A DNA stretch of 64,000 nt, taken from the NCBI GenBank assembly GCA_045659905.1, contig JAZRCT010000020.1, positions 194-64,193 on the forward strand. The letters run 5' to 3'. The notes beneath the pieces are model-generated. The model did no database searches, was not told the DNA's origin, and saw only the letters and a program-made list of their open reading frames with translations. This document shows, piece by piece, positions 9,249 to 19,243 of this stretch (its first letter is position 1; every line of letters begins with the position of its first letter). The stretch is from Eubacteriales bacterium. GTDB taxonomy: Bacteria; Bacillota; Clostridia; Oscillospirales; CAG-272. The translations under genes were made by a program, and so were the position numbers.

Positions 9249-9342
9249 TTTTGTTTTGCTTTCAAAAATATATTTTCATAAAGCGTAGAACTTAAGCTGC
9301 ACGTCGTAAGTCATACGCATAAATGACAGTAGGTTAAAGAAG

Positions 9343-10359
9343 TCAGACGCCTATTTCTTCGACTCTGTGGCAAGCCACGAAGTGACCCGGCTTCACTTCC
9401 TTGAATTCGGGCATATCCTTTGCGCAAATATCCGTTGCGTAAGGGCATCTCGTACGGAAGGGACAGCCTGAGGGAGCGTTGAGAGGGGAGGGGATATCGC
9501 CCGAGAGGGCAATTCTCTGATTCTCTCTTGCGGTCTTAGGGTCGGGCATAGGCACTGCCGACATAAGCGCCTTGGTATAGGGGTGGAGCGGCTTATCGCA
9601 GATTTCGTCGCTTTCAGCAAGCTCTACCATCTTACCGAGGTACATTACGGCAATTCTGTCAGAAATGTGGCGAACGACGAGAAGGTCGTGCGCTATAAAG
9701 AGGTAGGTAAGACCAAGCTTCTCCTGAAGCTCGTCAAACATATTGATAACCTGCGCCTGAATGGATACGTCAAGTGCCGATACAGGCTCGTCGCAGACTA
9801 TGAATTCGGGATTCACCGCAAGTGCTCTTGCGATGCCGATACGCTGTCTCTGACCGCCCGAGAATTCGTGTGCATATCTTGATGCGTGCTCTGAGTTAAG
9901 GCCAACGTGATCCATAAGCTCAAGAATCTTTTTCGTTCTTTCTTCCTTGGTGGAATACATCTTATGAATGTCAAGAGGCTCGCCTATGATATCCGCAACC
10001 GTCATTCTCGGGTTAAGCGAGGAATAGGGGTCCTGGAATACCATCGTAGCCTTTTTTCTGAATTCCTGAAGCTCCTGCTTGGTCTTGACGGGCTTTCCGT
10101 TGAATATAATCTCGCCGTCGGTGGGCTTGTAAAGCTGGAGAAGCGTTCTGCCGACGGTAGTCTTTCCGCAGCCCGATTCGCCAACCAGACCGAGCGTCTC
10201 GCCGCGCTTTATAGAGAAGGATACGTTGTCTACTGCCTTAAGAGGCTTCGTCTGAAATGCGTTTATCGCAATATCGAAATACTTTTTAAGATTTCTTACT
10301 TCAAGGAGAACGTCGTCTTTGACTTCTTTGTCAGCGGGGATATTCTTGATATCTTCCAT
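9343..10359 (-). CDS. oppF: oligopeptide ABC transporter ATP-binding protein
   Basis: Walker [10 protein letters not shown], signature FSGGQRQR, Walker B FIVCDEP, and a C-terminal Opp/Dpp Cys-rich extension. Confidence 0.9.
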   Translation of the reverse strand: MEDIKNIPADKEVKDDVLLEVRNLKKYFDIAINAFQTKPLKAVDNVSFSIKRGETLGLVGESGCGKTTVGRTLLQLYKPTDGEIIFNGKPVKTKQELQEFRKKATMVFQDPYSSLNPRMTVADIIGEPLDIHKMYSTKEERTKKILELMDHVGLNSEHASRYAHEFSGGQRQRIGIARALAVNPEFIVCDEPVSALDVSIQAQVINMFDELQEKLGLTYLFIAHDLLVVRHISDRIAVMYLGKMVELAESDEICDKPLHPYTKALMSAVPMPDPKTARENQRIALSGDIPSPLNAPSGCPFRTRCPYATDICAKDMPEFKEVKPGHFVACHRVEEIGV

Positions 10360-11456
10360 TATTCGTTGCCTCCTTCGTCAGCGGTATTTTCGCCTTCACG
10401 GCTTTCCTTGTAAAGCGGAGCAAATTCCTCGTTTACAAGTACAAGGTCGCAGTCAACCTCGCTCTGACCTGCGGCAATTTCTGCCTCAAGTCTTTCCTTT
10501 TCGTTCATCCAGCAGGCTGCCTGATGGCAGTCGTTAATCTGTATTCTCTCGGCTCTGTCGGTGATGCACACCTTCATAGCGGCGTCGCATCTCGGAGCAA
10601 AGGGACAGCCCTTGGGCATATTGAGAAGGTCAATAGGAGTACCCGTGATAGGCTGAAGCTTAGTGCCCGCGGAGGTGGTGGAGGGAATAGAACGAAGAAG
10701 TCCCTTGGTGTATTCGTGCTTGGGGTTGTAGAAAATCTCGTCAGCCGTGCCCTGCTCGCATATAGAGCCTGCGTACATAACGATAACCTCGTCGCACATC
10801 TGCGCTACGACACCAAGGTCGTGAGTAATCATTATGATAGCCATTCCAAGCTCACGCTGGAGGCTGGACATAAGGTCGAGAATCTGTGCCTGAATAGTAA
10901 CGTCACGCGCCGTGGTAGGCTCGTCTGCGATAAGAATATCCGGCTCGCAGGCAAGCGCCATAGCAATCATAACTCTCTGGCGCATACCGCCCGTGAACTC
11001 AAAGGGGTACTGCTTCATACGCTTTTCAGGCTCGTTTACGTTTACGAGCCTCAGCATTTCAACAGCTCTGTCCCAAGCCTGCTTCTTATCTCTCGGAGTG
11101 TGAAGCATTATAGCCTCGGTGAGCTGGTGACCTATCGTATAGGTAGGGTTAAGAGAGGTCATAGGGTCCTGGAAGATTATAGAAATTTTGTTACCCCTGA
11201 TAGTCTTCATTTTTTCTTCGCCCGAATTAACGAGCTCCTCGCCGCGGAACTTAATTGAGCCGCCGACGATTTTTCCCGTGCCTGCGAGAATCTGCATAAT
11301 GGAGTAAGCCGTAACCGACTTTCCCGAGCCGCTCTCGCCGACGATGCCGAGAACCTTTCCCTCGTCAAGATTGAAGGAAACTCCGTTTACCGCCTTGACC
11401 TCACCTGCATCGGTGAAGAAGGAGGTTCTTAAATCTTTTACTTCAAGTAAAGCCAT
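10359..11456 (-). CDS. oppD: oligopeptide ABC transporter ATP-binding protein
   Basis: Walker A GESGSGKS, signature FTGGMRQR, Walker B ILIADEP. The stop overlaps the oppF start (TAATG). Confidence 0.9.
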   Translation of the reverse strand: MALLEVKDLRTSFFTDAGEVKAVNGVSFNLDEGKVLGIVGESGSGKSVTAYSIMQILAGTGKIVGGSIKFRGEELVNSGEEKMKTIRGNKISIIFQDPMTSLNPTYTIGHQLTEAIMLHTPRDKKQAWDRAVEMLRLVNVNEPEKRMKQYPFEFTGGMRQRVMIAMALACEPDILIADEPTTARDVTIQAQILDLMSSLQRELGMAIIMITHDLGVVAQMCDEVIVMYAGSICEQGTADEIFYNPKHEYTKGLLRSIPSTTSAGTKLQPITGTPIDLLNMPKGCPFAPRCDAAMKVCITDRAERIQINDCHQAACWMNEKERLEAEIAAGQSEVDCDLVLVNEEFAPLYKESREGENTADEGGNE

Positions 11457-11473
11457 TTTTAAACTCTCCTTTC

Positions 11474-12523
11474 TTAGCCGTTAAGCTTAGGGTCGAATGC
11501 ATCACGCAAGCCGTCTCCGAGAAGATTCAGCGAAAGCACGACGAGCGAAATAACGATTGCGGGAATTGCGAGAAGGTGAGGATAGGAGCGTATTCCCTCA
11601 AGAGCGTCGGACGCAAGCGAGCCGAGCGAGGGCATAGGTGCGTTTACACCAAGTCCTAAGAACGAAAGATAGCTCTCGGTGAATATAGCCGAGGGTATCT
11701 GAAGTGCTGTGGAAATAACGATAACCGAAATGCAGTTGGGAAGAAGATGCTTCTTGATAATCCAAGAGCCCTTAGCGCCTGCCGCCTTTGCCGCAAGCAC
11801 GTATTCCTGCTCACGAAGCGAGAGTATCTGACCTCTTACAAGTCTTGCCATCGATACCCAGTAAAGGAGGGCAAATACTATAAAGAGCGAGATAATGTTA
11901 GTTCCTATCTTCTCAAGAACCGTACCCTCAAGCGGCTCCTTCAGCGCATCGTTAAGCACCGACGCAAGAAGTATTACCATCAGCATATCGGGAAGCGAGT
12001 AGATAATATCTACTATTCTCATAAGTATCATATCGACCTTACCGCCGACGTAGCCTGCGATAGAGCCGACGAGAAGTCCCATTACGAGCACTATAATGCT
12101 GGCAAAGAAGCCTACGAGAAGCGAAATTCTCGTGCCGTATACCACACGGATAAAGTAATCTCTGCCGTGCTTGTCAGTGCCGAAAATATGAGGGAATACG
12201 AATTCGCCGTTGTCTCGCTTTGCCTGCTCGGTCTCACCGTACTCAAAGGGAGCGAGGTTGTTGTATGATGGGTCGGAATAAATATTTCCCGGCGCATAAT
12301 CGTAGGAATAAGGCCATACCATAGGAATGATTATTGCGCAAAGCGTGATAATTACTATGATAAAGAAGCTTACCGTAGCAACCTTGTTCTTTAAAAGACG
12401 CTTTATACCGTCCTTAAAGAAGGTTGACGGAGGACGCATCTTTACCATATAAGCCTTGTCCTCAGCGCTTGCGGGAGTGAACCTTGAGAGGTCTACGTGC
12501 ATTGATAATATTTTCTTTTTCAT
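11474..12523 (-). CDS. oppC: oligopeptide ABC transporter permease
   Basis: 349 aa, BPD_transp_1-type permease with an OppC-like N-terminal region. Confidence 0.85.
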   Translation of the reverse strand: MKKKILSMHVDLSRFTPASAEDKAYMVKMRPPSTFFKDGIKRLLKNKVATVSFFIIVIITLCAIIIPMVWPYSYDYAPGNIYSDPSYNNLAPFEYGETEQAKRDNGEFVFPHIFGTDKHGRDYFIRVVYGTRISLLVGFFASIIVLVMGLLVGSIAGYVGGKVDMILMRIVDIIYSLPDMLMVILLASVLNDALKEPLEGTVLEKIGTNIISLFIVFALLYWVSMARLVRGQILSLREQEYVLAAKAAGAKGSWIIKKHLLPNCISVIVISTALQIPSAIFTESYLSFLGLGVNAPMPSLGSLASDALEGIRSYPHLLAIPAIVISLVVLSLNLLGDGLRDAFDPKLNG

Positions 12524-12541
12524 TTCGCAAAGCCTCCCTTT

Positions 12542-13564
12542 TTATTCCAGATTGATTCTGGGGTCTGCAATCTTGTACATAATGTCGCCGATAAGGTTCA
12601 TAACAACGATAAGTACTGCAAGAATAATGGTAGTACCCATAATAAGCGGATAGTCACGTCCCGTGATACTGTTGACGAACGCACGTCCTATACCGGGCAC
12701 GGCGAATATTTGCTCTACTACGAGCGAGCCTGTCACGATGTACGCAAGCATCGGACCGAAGTAGGTAATTACGGGTATGAGCGAGTTCTTAAGTGCGTGA
12801 CCGAAGATAATTCTTACGTTGGGCACGCCCTTGGCTCTTGCCGTTCTTATGTAATCCTGACCGAGCACGTCAAGCATAGACGAGCGTGTAAGTCTCGTGA
12901 TGTACGCCATCGGCGAAAGCGAAAGCGTGAATATGGGCAAAATAAGACCTGCGGCAGTAGAGCCGTTTGCAGGGAATACCTTCCATTCGTAAGCAAACAG
13001 AAGTAGTAGCAGCGTGCCCATTATGAACGACGGCATCGATACGAACGCCGTGGTGATAACCATTATCACTCGGTCTATAATCTTGTTTCGGTTGAGCGCT
13101 GCAATAGCTCCGAGAACCACGCCTACTATAAGCGCAATCACTGCAGCGAAAAGTCCGAGCTTTGCCGAGGTAGCCATACCGTCGGTTATGATATTAAGCA
13201 CGGTTCGTCCGTCCTTTTTCAGCGAGAATCCGAAATCAAATCTGAAGATTATATCTCCAAGGTAGGTGAAGTACTGCACGACAAGCGGCTTGTCAAGTCC
13301 GTACTTTGCCTCGAGCTGGTCGATTACCGACTGCGGAAGCGTTTTTTCTGCCTGGAAGGGTCCGCCGGGTACAGAGTGCATTACGAAGAAGGTCACCGTA
13401 ATAACAACCCACACCGTAAGAAGCGCAAGCCCTACTCTCTTGAGAATGTAAATTCCCGTCTTGGAAGTGAGTGCTCCCCACGTAGCCTTGGCAGCCGTAA
13501 CTATTGCATTCTTGACGGCATCAAGGACACGCTTGAAGCTGAAGCTGTTCTTTTGCTGTTCCAT
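12542..13564 (-). CDS. oppB: oligopeptide ABC transporter permease
   Basis: 340 aa, with ...YIRTARAKG... the EAA-loop motif typical of OppB/DppB. Confidence 0.85.
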   Translation of the reverse strand: MEQQKNSFSFKRVLDAVKNAIVTAAKATWGALTSKTGIYILKRVGLALLTVWVVITVTFFVMHSVPGGPFQAEKTLPQSVIDQLEAKYGLDKPLVVQYFTYLGDIIFRFDFGFSLKKDGRTVLNIITDGMATSAKLGLFAAVIALIVGVVLGAIAALNRNKIIDRVIMVITTAFVSMPSFIMGTLLLLLFAYEWKVFPANGSTAAGLILPIFTLSLSPMAYITRLTRSSMLDVLGQDYIRTARAKGVPNVRIIFGHALKNSLIPVITYFGPMLAYIVTGSLVVEQIFAVPGIGRAFVNSITGRDYPLIMGTTIILAVLIVVMNLIGDIMYKIADPRINLE

Positions 13565-13698
13565 TTTTTCTTGTTACCTCTTTTGGTTTTTTACCGCATT
13601 TGCGGCTTTACGCATATGTAGCTTCGTCCGTCTGTGCCTCGGAAAACGCATAGCAAGGACTATGATAAATAATATATATAAATGCGTAGTACCTAACA

Positions 13699-13727
13699 AT
13701 TATAACCCATTAATTATAAAATGTCAA
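13699..13727 (-). promoter_or_regulatory. sigma-A promoter of the opp operon
   Basis: Minus strand reads TTGACA-17 nt-TATAAT, a perfect consensus. The leader to oppB is about 125 nt. Confidence 0.65.
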
Positions 13728-14030
13728 GTAAAAAAGTATTTTTAACAAAAATTAGTAAATGCGTGCGCCATGCGCACGTGCGAGGACAAGGCGTTTCCTC
13801 GCCACAGTCTAAAGCAAAATTACAATTTTCAGCTCCTTGCTTAGTCTATCGGGAAAATGCTCGGCAAAATCCCAAAGGAAGCGCTTGAAATCCCTTGAAC
13901 CAAGAATTTCTGTTATTGCGAACCGAATCTTTGAATATTTATACGCAGAATTACGGAAGCAGCGCCGTGATAATTGTTTTCTTACATTTTTCGCTATTTC
14001 CCGAAAAACAAGCGCTTTTGCCAAAAACCG

Positions 14031-14059
14031 TTGACTTTGCAAAGGAAATTTGATACAAT
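14031..14059 (+). promoter_or_regulatory. sigma-A promoter of the 14093-16162 unit
   Basis: TTGACT-17 nt-TACAAT with a TGa extension. Confidence 0.6.
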
Positions 14060-14092
14060 AAATTATCAAATATTTCACTTTGGAGTTTTCTT

Positions 14093-15118
14093 ATGCTTAA
14101 TTTTGAAAGCGATTACATAAAGGGCGCTCACCCGAGAATCCTCGAAGCGCTTATGAATTCAAACGACGAAGCTCTCTCGGGCTACGGCAGAGATAAATAC
14201 ACCAAGGAGGCCGAGGACCTTATCAGGCAGGCGTGCGAGGACCCGCTAGCGGACGTTTTCTTCCTTATGGGCGGCACTCAGGCGAATAAGACCGTAATAG
14301 CTACGGCGCTTAAGGACTACGAGGGCGTAATAGCTCCCGCTACGGGGCACGTGTCGCTCCACGAGGTCGGAGCTATCGAATATACCGGTCACAAGGTAAT
14401 AGAGCTTCCTCATATCGAAGGAAAAATCGACATTACTGCACTCAAGGATTATCTTGAAGCTTTTTACGGTGACGAAAATAACGTTATGATGGTAGTACCG
14501 GGTATGGTTTATATATCTCACCCCACCGAATACGGCACGCTTTATACGCTCGACGAGCTTACTATGCTCCGTGAGGCTTGCGATAAATATAATATGAAGC
14601 TTTTTCTTGACGGTGCAAGGCTTGGCTACGGACTTGCCGCTCTCACTACCGACGTGACGCTTCCCGATATAGCAAGACTTTGCGACGTTTTCTATATTGG
14701 CGGCACTAAGGTGGGTGCGCTTTGCGGTGAGGCGGTCGTCTATCCTATGGGCGGAGCTCCCGAGCGCTTCTGGAGTCTTACCAAGCAGCACGGCGCTATG
14801 GTGGCGAAGGGCAGAATCTTCGGCGTTCAGTTCAAGACACTTTTTGAGGACGGCTTGTATTTTGAAATAAGCCGTAACGCAATTGAAAGAGCAGAGGAGC
14901 TTAAGGCTCTCTTTAAAAGTCGCGGATATGAATTTTTCCTCGATTCGCCTACCAATCAGCAGTTCGTAATTCTTACGAACGAGCAGTACGAAAGGCTCAA
15001 CAAGAGCGTGAGAATGAGCTTTTGGGAGCGCATAGACGCAGAGCGGCTTGTCGTTCGTTTTGCTACCAGCTTCGCTACTACAAAAGAGGATATCGAGGCT
15101 CTGTCTCGAATAATTTAA
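14093..15118 (+). CDS. threonine aldolase / beta-eliminating lyase family PLP-dependent enzyme
   Basis: 341 aa. FESDY..GAHP.IL.AL......L.GYG.D......L, then GGTQAN and FYIGGTK (PLP Lys context), as in low-specificity L-threonine aldolases. Confidence 0.8.
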   Translation: MLNFESDYIKGAHPRILEALMNSNDEALSGYGRDKYTKEAEDLIRQACEDPLADVFFLMGGTQANKTVIATALKDYEGVIAPATGHVSLHEVGAIEYTGHKVIELPHIEGKIDITALKDYLEAFYGDENNVMMVVPGMVYISHPTEYGTLYTLDELTMLREACDKYNMKLFLDGARLGYGLAALTTDVTLPDIARLCDVFYIGGTKVGALCGEAVVYPMGGAPERFWSLTKQHGAMVAKGRIFGVQFKTLFEDGLYFEISRNAIERAEELKALFKSRGYEFFLDSPTNQQFVILTNEQYERLNKSVRMSFWERIDAERLVVRFATSFATTKEDIEALSRII

Positions 15119-15136
15119 TCAAAACGGAGTGACAAT

Positions 15137-16162
15137 ATGATTACTGTTAAGCTTGGCAATACGGGTATAACGTCCCCGAAAAACGGCTTCGGCGCTTTGC
15201 CTATACAAAGAATCAGCACAGAGGAATCTACCAAAATTTTAAGACGGGCTTACGAGTCGGGAATTACCTATTTCGATACTGCTAGGATGTATTCCGACAG
15301 CGAGGAGAAAATAGGTATAGCGCTTTCCTCGGTAAGAGATAAAATCACAATAGCCACTAAGAGTCACACGGCAAATCCCGAGGGCTTCTTTGACGATTTA
15401 AAAACCAGCCTTTCGCTTCTACGTACGGATTATATCGATGTATATCAGTTCCACAATCCCAAGGCTTGCTATAAGCCCGGCGACGGCACAGGTATGTATG
15501 AGGCTATGCTCGAGGCAAAGGCGCAGGGGCTTGTCCGTCATATAGGCATCACGAGCCACCGTCCCGACGTGGCAAGAGAGGCCATACTTTCGGGACTTTA
15601 TGAAACGCTGCAATTTCCGTTCTGCTACCTTGCGACCGAGGGTGATTTTGAAATAGTCAGGCTTGCAAAGGAGCATAACGTCGGCTTTATCGCAATGAAG
15701 GGGCTTTCGGGCGGACTTATCACAAATTCAAGGCTCGCTTATGCTTTTATGTGTGAATATGACAACGTCCTTCCAATTTGGGGCGTTCAGCGTATGAACG
15801 AGCTTGAGGAGTTTGTTTCCTACGCCGATTCCGGCTTTTCGGTCACCGACGAAATGAGAGCCGAAATAGAAAAAGACAGGCGTGAGCTTGTCGGCGGCTT
15901 CTGCCGAGGCTGTGGATACTGTATGCCCTGTCCTATGGAAATAGAGATAAACAATTCTGCAAGAATGTCTCAGCTCATAAGGCGCTCGCCGAGTGCGCCG
16001 TTCCTCACACCCGAGTGGCAGGAAAAGATGCTGAGAATAGAGAACTGTATAAATTGCGGCGCTTGCGCTGCAAAATGTCCATACGGGCTTGATACGCCGA
16101 AGCTTCTTCGTGCAAATCTTGAAGATTACAAAAGGATAGTTTCGGGCGAAATAAAGCTTTGA
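15137..16162 (+). CDS. aldo/keto reductase with a C-terminal 4Fe-4S binding tail
   Basis: AKR core (FDTARMYSDSEE, IGITSH), then CRGCGYCMPCP and CINCGACAAKCP Cys clusters. Confidence 0.85.
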   Translation: MITVKLGNTGITSPKNGFGALPIQRISTEESTKILRRAYESGITYFDTARMYSDSEEKIGIALSSVRDKITIATKSHTANPEGFFDDLKTSLSLLRTDYIDVYQFHNPKACYKPGDGTGMYEAMLEAKAQGLVRHIGITSHRPDVAREAILSGLYETLQFPFCYLATEGDFEIVRLAKEHNVGFIAMKGLSGGLITNSRLAYAFMCEYDNVLPIWGVQRMNELEEFVSYADSGFSVTDEMRAEIEKDRRELVGGFCRGCGYCMPCPMEIEINNSARMSQLIRRSPSAPFLTPEWQEKMLRIENCINCGACAAKCPYGLDTPKLLRANLEDYKRIVSGEIKL

Positions 16163-16218
16163 TATGACTACATTTGTTGTCATAATGTGTCAAAAAACGT
16201 CAAAAAGACGAGGTAAAA

Positions 16219-16262
16219 CAAGCACGCATTTTTGAGCATTTTGCTTAGTTTGTGCGTGCTTG
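16219..16262 (+). terminator. terminator after the aldo/keto reductase gene
   Basis: CAAGCACGCA / TGCGTGCTTG stem followed by CTTTCTTTTTC. Confidence 0.6.
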
Positions 16263-16314
16263 CTTTCTTTTTCTAATCGCCCGTTTCGTAACCCGTTGAA
16301 AAACGGCGGGCGAA

Positions 16315-16332
16315 TTGTTAAAAAATAAACAA
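16315..16332. promoter_or_regulatory. candidate Rex (redox repressor) operator upstream of rnf
   Basis: TTGTTAAaaaaTAAACAA compared with the clostridial Rex consensus TTGTTAAnnnnTTAACAA (1 mismatch). It lies 46 nt upstream of the rnf -35. Confidence 0.35.
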
Positions 16333-16377
16333 TATTCGGGGTATAATATATAGTAAAAATGCACAAAAAAATTTTAC

Positions 16378-16406
16378 TTGACAATTGCCAAATCCTACCC
16401 TATAAT
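16378..16406 (+). promoter_or_regulatory. sigma-A promoter of the rnf operon
   Basis: TTGACA-17 nt-TATAAT, a perfect consensus, 38 nt upstream of the rnfC ATG. Confidence 0.65.
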
Positions 16407-16443
16407 GTTAATGAATTATTAATTATTTGAAAGGAAGGACCAA

Positions 16444-17766
16444 ATGTTTTTTTCTCTACACGGCGTTCATTTGCCGCACAGAAAAAATACGGCTTCTATG
16501 CCGCCCGTCAGAATGACGCCGCCGAAGACGGTGACTATACCTATGTCGATGCATATAGGAAAGCCTGCCGACCCCGTATGCAAGGTTGGCGATAAGGTTT
16601 ACGTCGGCACTCTTATCGGAGCACAGAGCGGATTCGTATCCGCACCGGTATATTCGAGCGTTTCGGGTACTGTAAAGAAGCTTGAGGAAATTCTCCTTGC
16701 AAGCGGAATTAAGGCTCAGGCGGTTACTATCGAATCCGACGGCGAGATGACTCCCGACCCCGAAATCAAAGCGCCCGAGGTCAGCTCTAAGGAGGAGCTT
16801 GTCGAGGCTATCAGAAATGCGGGTACGGTAGGACTTGGCGGAGCCGGATTCCCGACTCACGTCAAATTCAATATTCCCGACGGAAAGCACGTGGACGAGC
16901 TTATCGTCAACGGAGCTGAATGTGAGCCCTATATCACGAGCGACACCCGCACTATGGTTGACAAGACCGAGGATATCACTCACGCTATACTCACTATTCT
17001 TAAGCTCGTCGATATCGGCAGGGTAATAATCGGTATAGAGAGCAATAAGCCCGAGGCTATTGCCAAAATGAGCGAGCTTTCGAAGCTTGATTCAAGAATA
17101 TCGGTTAAGGTTCTTCCGAGCCTTTATCCCCAGGGCGGTGAAAAGGTTCTTATATATCACACGACGGGAAAGGTAGTTCCTGCAGGTAAGCTTCCGCTTG
17201 ACGTCGGCTGTATAGTCTGCAACGTTACTACTCTCGGAGCTATCGGAAATTATATCAAGACGGGTATGCCTATCGTATCCAAGTGCGTTACGGTTGACGG
17301 AAGCGCCATAAAAGAGCCCAAGAACGTAATAGTTCCTATAGGAACTAAGATTTCAGACGTAATGGAATTTGCAGGCGGCTTTAAGTGCGAGGTCGGCAAG
17401 GTGCTTTACGGCGGACCTATGATGGGTATTTCAGTCCCCTCGCTTGACCTTCCGGTAATGAAGAATACAAACGCCCTTATTGCGTTTAATAAGAAGGATT
17501 CCGAGCCAAAGCCAGAGACGGCGTGCATTCGCTGTGGCTCCTGCGCAGAGCACTGTCCCTTCTCGCTCAATCCCGCTGCTTTTATGCGTGCTTATAAGAG
17601 CGGCAACACAGAGGAGCTTAAGAGGCTCAGAGTGGATATCTGTATGGAATGCGGCTGCTGCTCCTACGTATGTCCCGCAGGACAGCCTCTGGTACAGAAT
17701 AATAAGCTTTCCAAGGCGCTTCTTCGTGACCTTGCAATGAAGAAAAAGGAGGGACAGGGTAAATGA
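16444..17766 (+). CDS. rnfC: Rnf complex subunit C
   Basis: 440 aa. GLGGAGFPTHVK nucleotide/FMN motif and two CxxCxxCxxxCP ferredoxin motifs (CIRCGSCAEHCP, CMECGCCSYVCP). Confidence 0.95.
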   Translation: MFFSLHGVHLPHRKNTASMPPVRMTPPKTVTIPMSMHIGKPADPVCKVGDKVYVGTLIGAQSGFVSAPVYSSVSGTVKKLEEILLASGIKAQAVTIESDGEMTPDPEIKAPEVSSKEELVEAIRNAGTVGLGGAGFPTHVKFNIPDGKHVDELIVNGAECEPYITSDTRTMVDKTEDITHAILTILKLVDIGRVIIGIESNKPEAIAKMSELSKLDSRISVKVLPSLYPQGGEKVLIYHTTGKVVPAGKLPLDVGCIVCNVTTLGAIGNYIKTGMPIVSKCVTVDGSAIKEPKNVIVPIGTKISDVMEFAGGFKCEVGKVLYGGPMMGISVPSLDLPVMKNTNALIAFNKKDSEPKPETACIRCGSCAEHCPFSLNPAAFMRAYKSGNTEELKRLRVDICMECGCCSYVCPAGQPLVQNNKLSKALLRDLAMKKKEGQGK

Positions 17767-18704
17767 GCGACGGTGTAAACAAACTCAATATATCGGTATC
17801 CCCCCATATAAAAAGCCCGAGGACCACTCGGGATATAATGCTCGACGTGCTTATAGCCCTGCTTCCTACCGCTATTGCGGGCTGCTTTATTTTCGGCTTT
17901 GCGGCGCTTGCGCTTATCGTCGCCTGCGTTTGTGTGGCGGTGCTTTCGGAATATCTTTTCTGCGTGCTTACCAAGCGCAAGAATACCGCTACCGACCTTT
18001 CTGCGGCGGTTACGGGACTTCTTCTTGCACTTAATATTTCGGTAAACGTACCGATTTGGCAGGCGGTAATCGGCACTGTGTTTGCAGTGATTTTCGTCAA
18101 ATGCATATTCGGCGGAATCGGCAAGAATTTTGCCAACCCCGCTATTACGGCTAGAATATTTATGGTTATCGCCTTTACCGAGCTTGCATCGTCTGCATAT
18201 CCCTTATGGGATATCGTCAGCTCGGCTACGCCTCTGTCCGCACTCGCCTCAGGCAAGAGCGTCAGTATGCTCGACCTCTTTCTTGGCAACAAGGGCGGCG
18301 CAATCGGTGAGGTCTGTATCCTTGCGCTTCTTATCGGCGCTGCGTATCTCCTCATAAGGAGGGTAATCAGCTGGCACGCTCCCGTTTGTATGATTGCTAC
18401 GGTGTTCGTCTTCTCACTTCTTATTGAGGGCTTCAATTTTGGAGCGGCGCTTATGTGGGTGCTTTCGGGAGGACTTGTTCTCGGTGCGTTCTTTATGGCT
18501 ACCGACTACGTCACTACCCCCACCACGGGACTTGGCAAAGCTATTTTCGGCATCGGCGCAGGATTTATCACTGCGGTTATCAGATTCTTCGGCAACTATC
18601 CCGAGGGCGTTTCCTTTGGTATTCTCATTATGAATATCGTGACTCCCTACATCGACAGACTTACCGCCAGAAGACCTTTTGGAAGCAAAGGAGGTAAGGC
18701 TTAA
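17763..18704 (+). CDS. rnfD: Rnf complex subunit D
   Basis: 313 aa polytopic NqrB/RnfD family protein. Candidate flavinylation site SSATPL. ATGA overlap with rnfC. Confidence 0.95.
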   Translation: MSDGVNKLNISVSPHIKSPRTTRDIMLDVLIALLPTAIAGCFIFGFAALALIVACVCVAVLSEYLFCVLTKRKNTATDLSAAVTGLLLALNISVNVPIWQAVIGTVFAVIFVKCIFGGIGKNFANPAITARIFMVIAFTELASSAYPLWDIVSSATPLSALASGKSVSMLDLFLGNKGGAIGEVCILALLIGAAYLLIRRVISWHAPVCMIATVFVFSLLIEGFNFGAALMWVLSGGLVLGAFFMATDYVTTPTTGLGKAIFGIGAGFITAVIRFFGNYPEGVSFGILIMNIVTPYIDRLTARRPFGSKGGKA

Positions 18705-19243
18705 TGAAAACCTACGTTAAATCGATTGCGGTCCTTGCGTCCATATGCCTTGTGCTTGCGGCGCTTCTCGGACTTGTTAATATGCTTACACAGCCTGTAA
18801 TAGAGGATGCAGAGAACCGTAAGGTTCAGGCGGCGCTTGCAGAGGTGCTTCCCGACGCTACCTTTGAGAAGCTTTCGTTCGTTGACTACGAGGGAACGGT
18901 TGAATTTCCGAGCAGCGTCCTTGAGGCATATTCGGCTGACAACGGCGGCTTCGTATTCAAGCTTGACGTAAAGGGATATTCCACGGGGCTCGTGCTTCTC
19001 GTCGGCGTCAATGCCGAAGGCAGAGTTTCGGGAAGTAAGGTTATCAGCAGCAACGAGACCAACGGCGCAGAGAATAGCTACGGCGAAAATCTCGTCGGTA
19101 AGACCTCCGATACTATAAATTCGGTTGCTACCGTTTCGGGCTCTACGCTTACTACCACCGCATACAAAAATGCGGTTAAGACGGCGCTTGACCTTGCGGC
19201 GGCACTTAAGCCCTTGATTACTGCGAAAGGAGCTAACGGATAA
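18704..19243 (+). CDS. rnfG: Rnf complex subunit G (FMN_bind)
   Basis: 179 aa, N-terminal TM helix, FMN_bind motif VATVSGSTLTTTAY. Confidence 0.9.
   Translation: MKTYVKSIAVLASICLVLAALLGLVNMLTQPVIEDAENRKVQAALAEVLPDATFEKLSFVDYEGTVEFPSSVLEAYSADNGGFVFKLDVKGYSTGLVLLVGVNAEGRVSGSKVISSNETNGAENSYGENLVGKTSDTINSVATVSGSTLTTTAYKNAVKTALDLAAALKPLITAKGANG

Noticed and set aside
7554-9281. 575-aa ORF antisense to oppA. Similar antisense ORFs lie at 5393-6139, 10524-11258, 17627-18436, 20613-21269, 25050-25700, 42305-42916, 44938-45540 and 51502-52011.
   Set aside because: These are classic shadow ORFs opposite strongly codon-biased genes. They have Val/Ser/Leu/Arg-rich low-complexity translations and no RBS or promoter, and each is fully contained in a well-supported gene.
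13762-13802. Two adjacent GC-rich hairpins (CGTGCGC-cat-GCGCACG and GCGAGGA-n9-TCCTCGC) in the opp/aldolase divergent region.
   Set aside because: There is no T tract and no gene for them to terminate. I could not connect them to any function, so they are noted only.
13809-14078. 89-aa minus-strand ORF (and 13837-14034 on the plus strand) in the intergenic region.
   Set aside because: It is a basic, low-complexity sequence with no RBS. It overlaps the consensus promoter of the aldolase gene in an AT-rich spacer.
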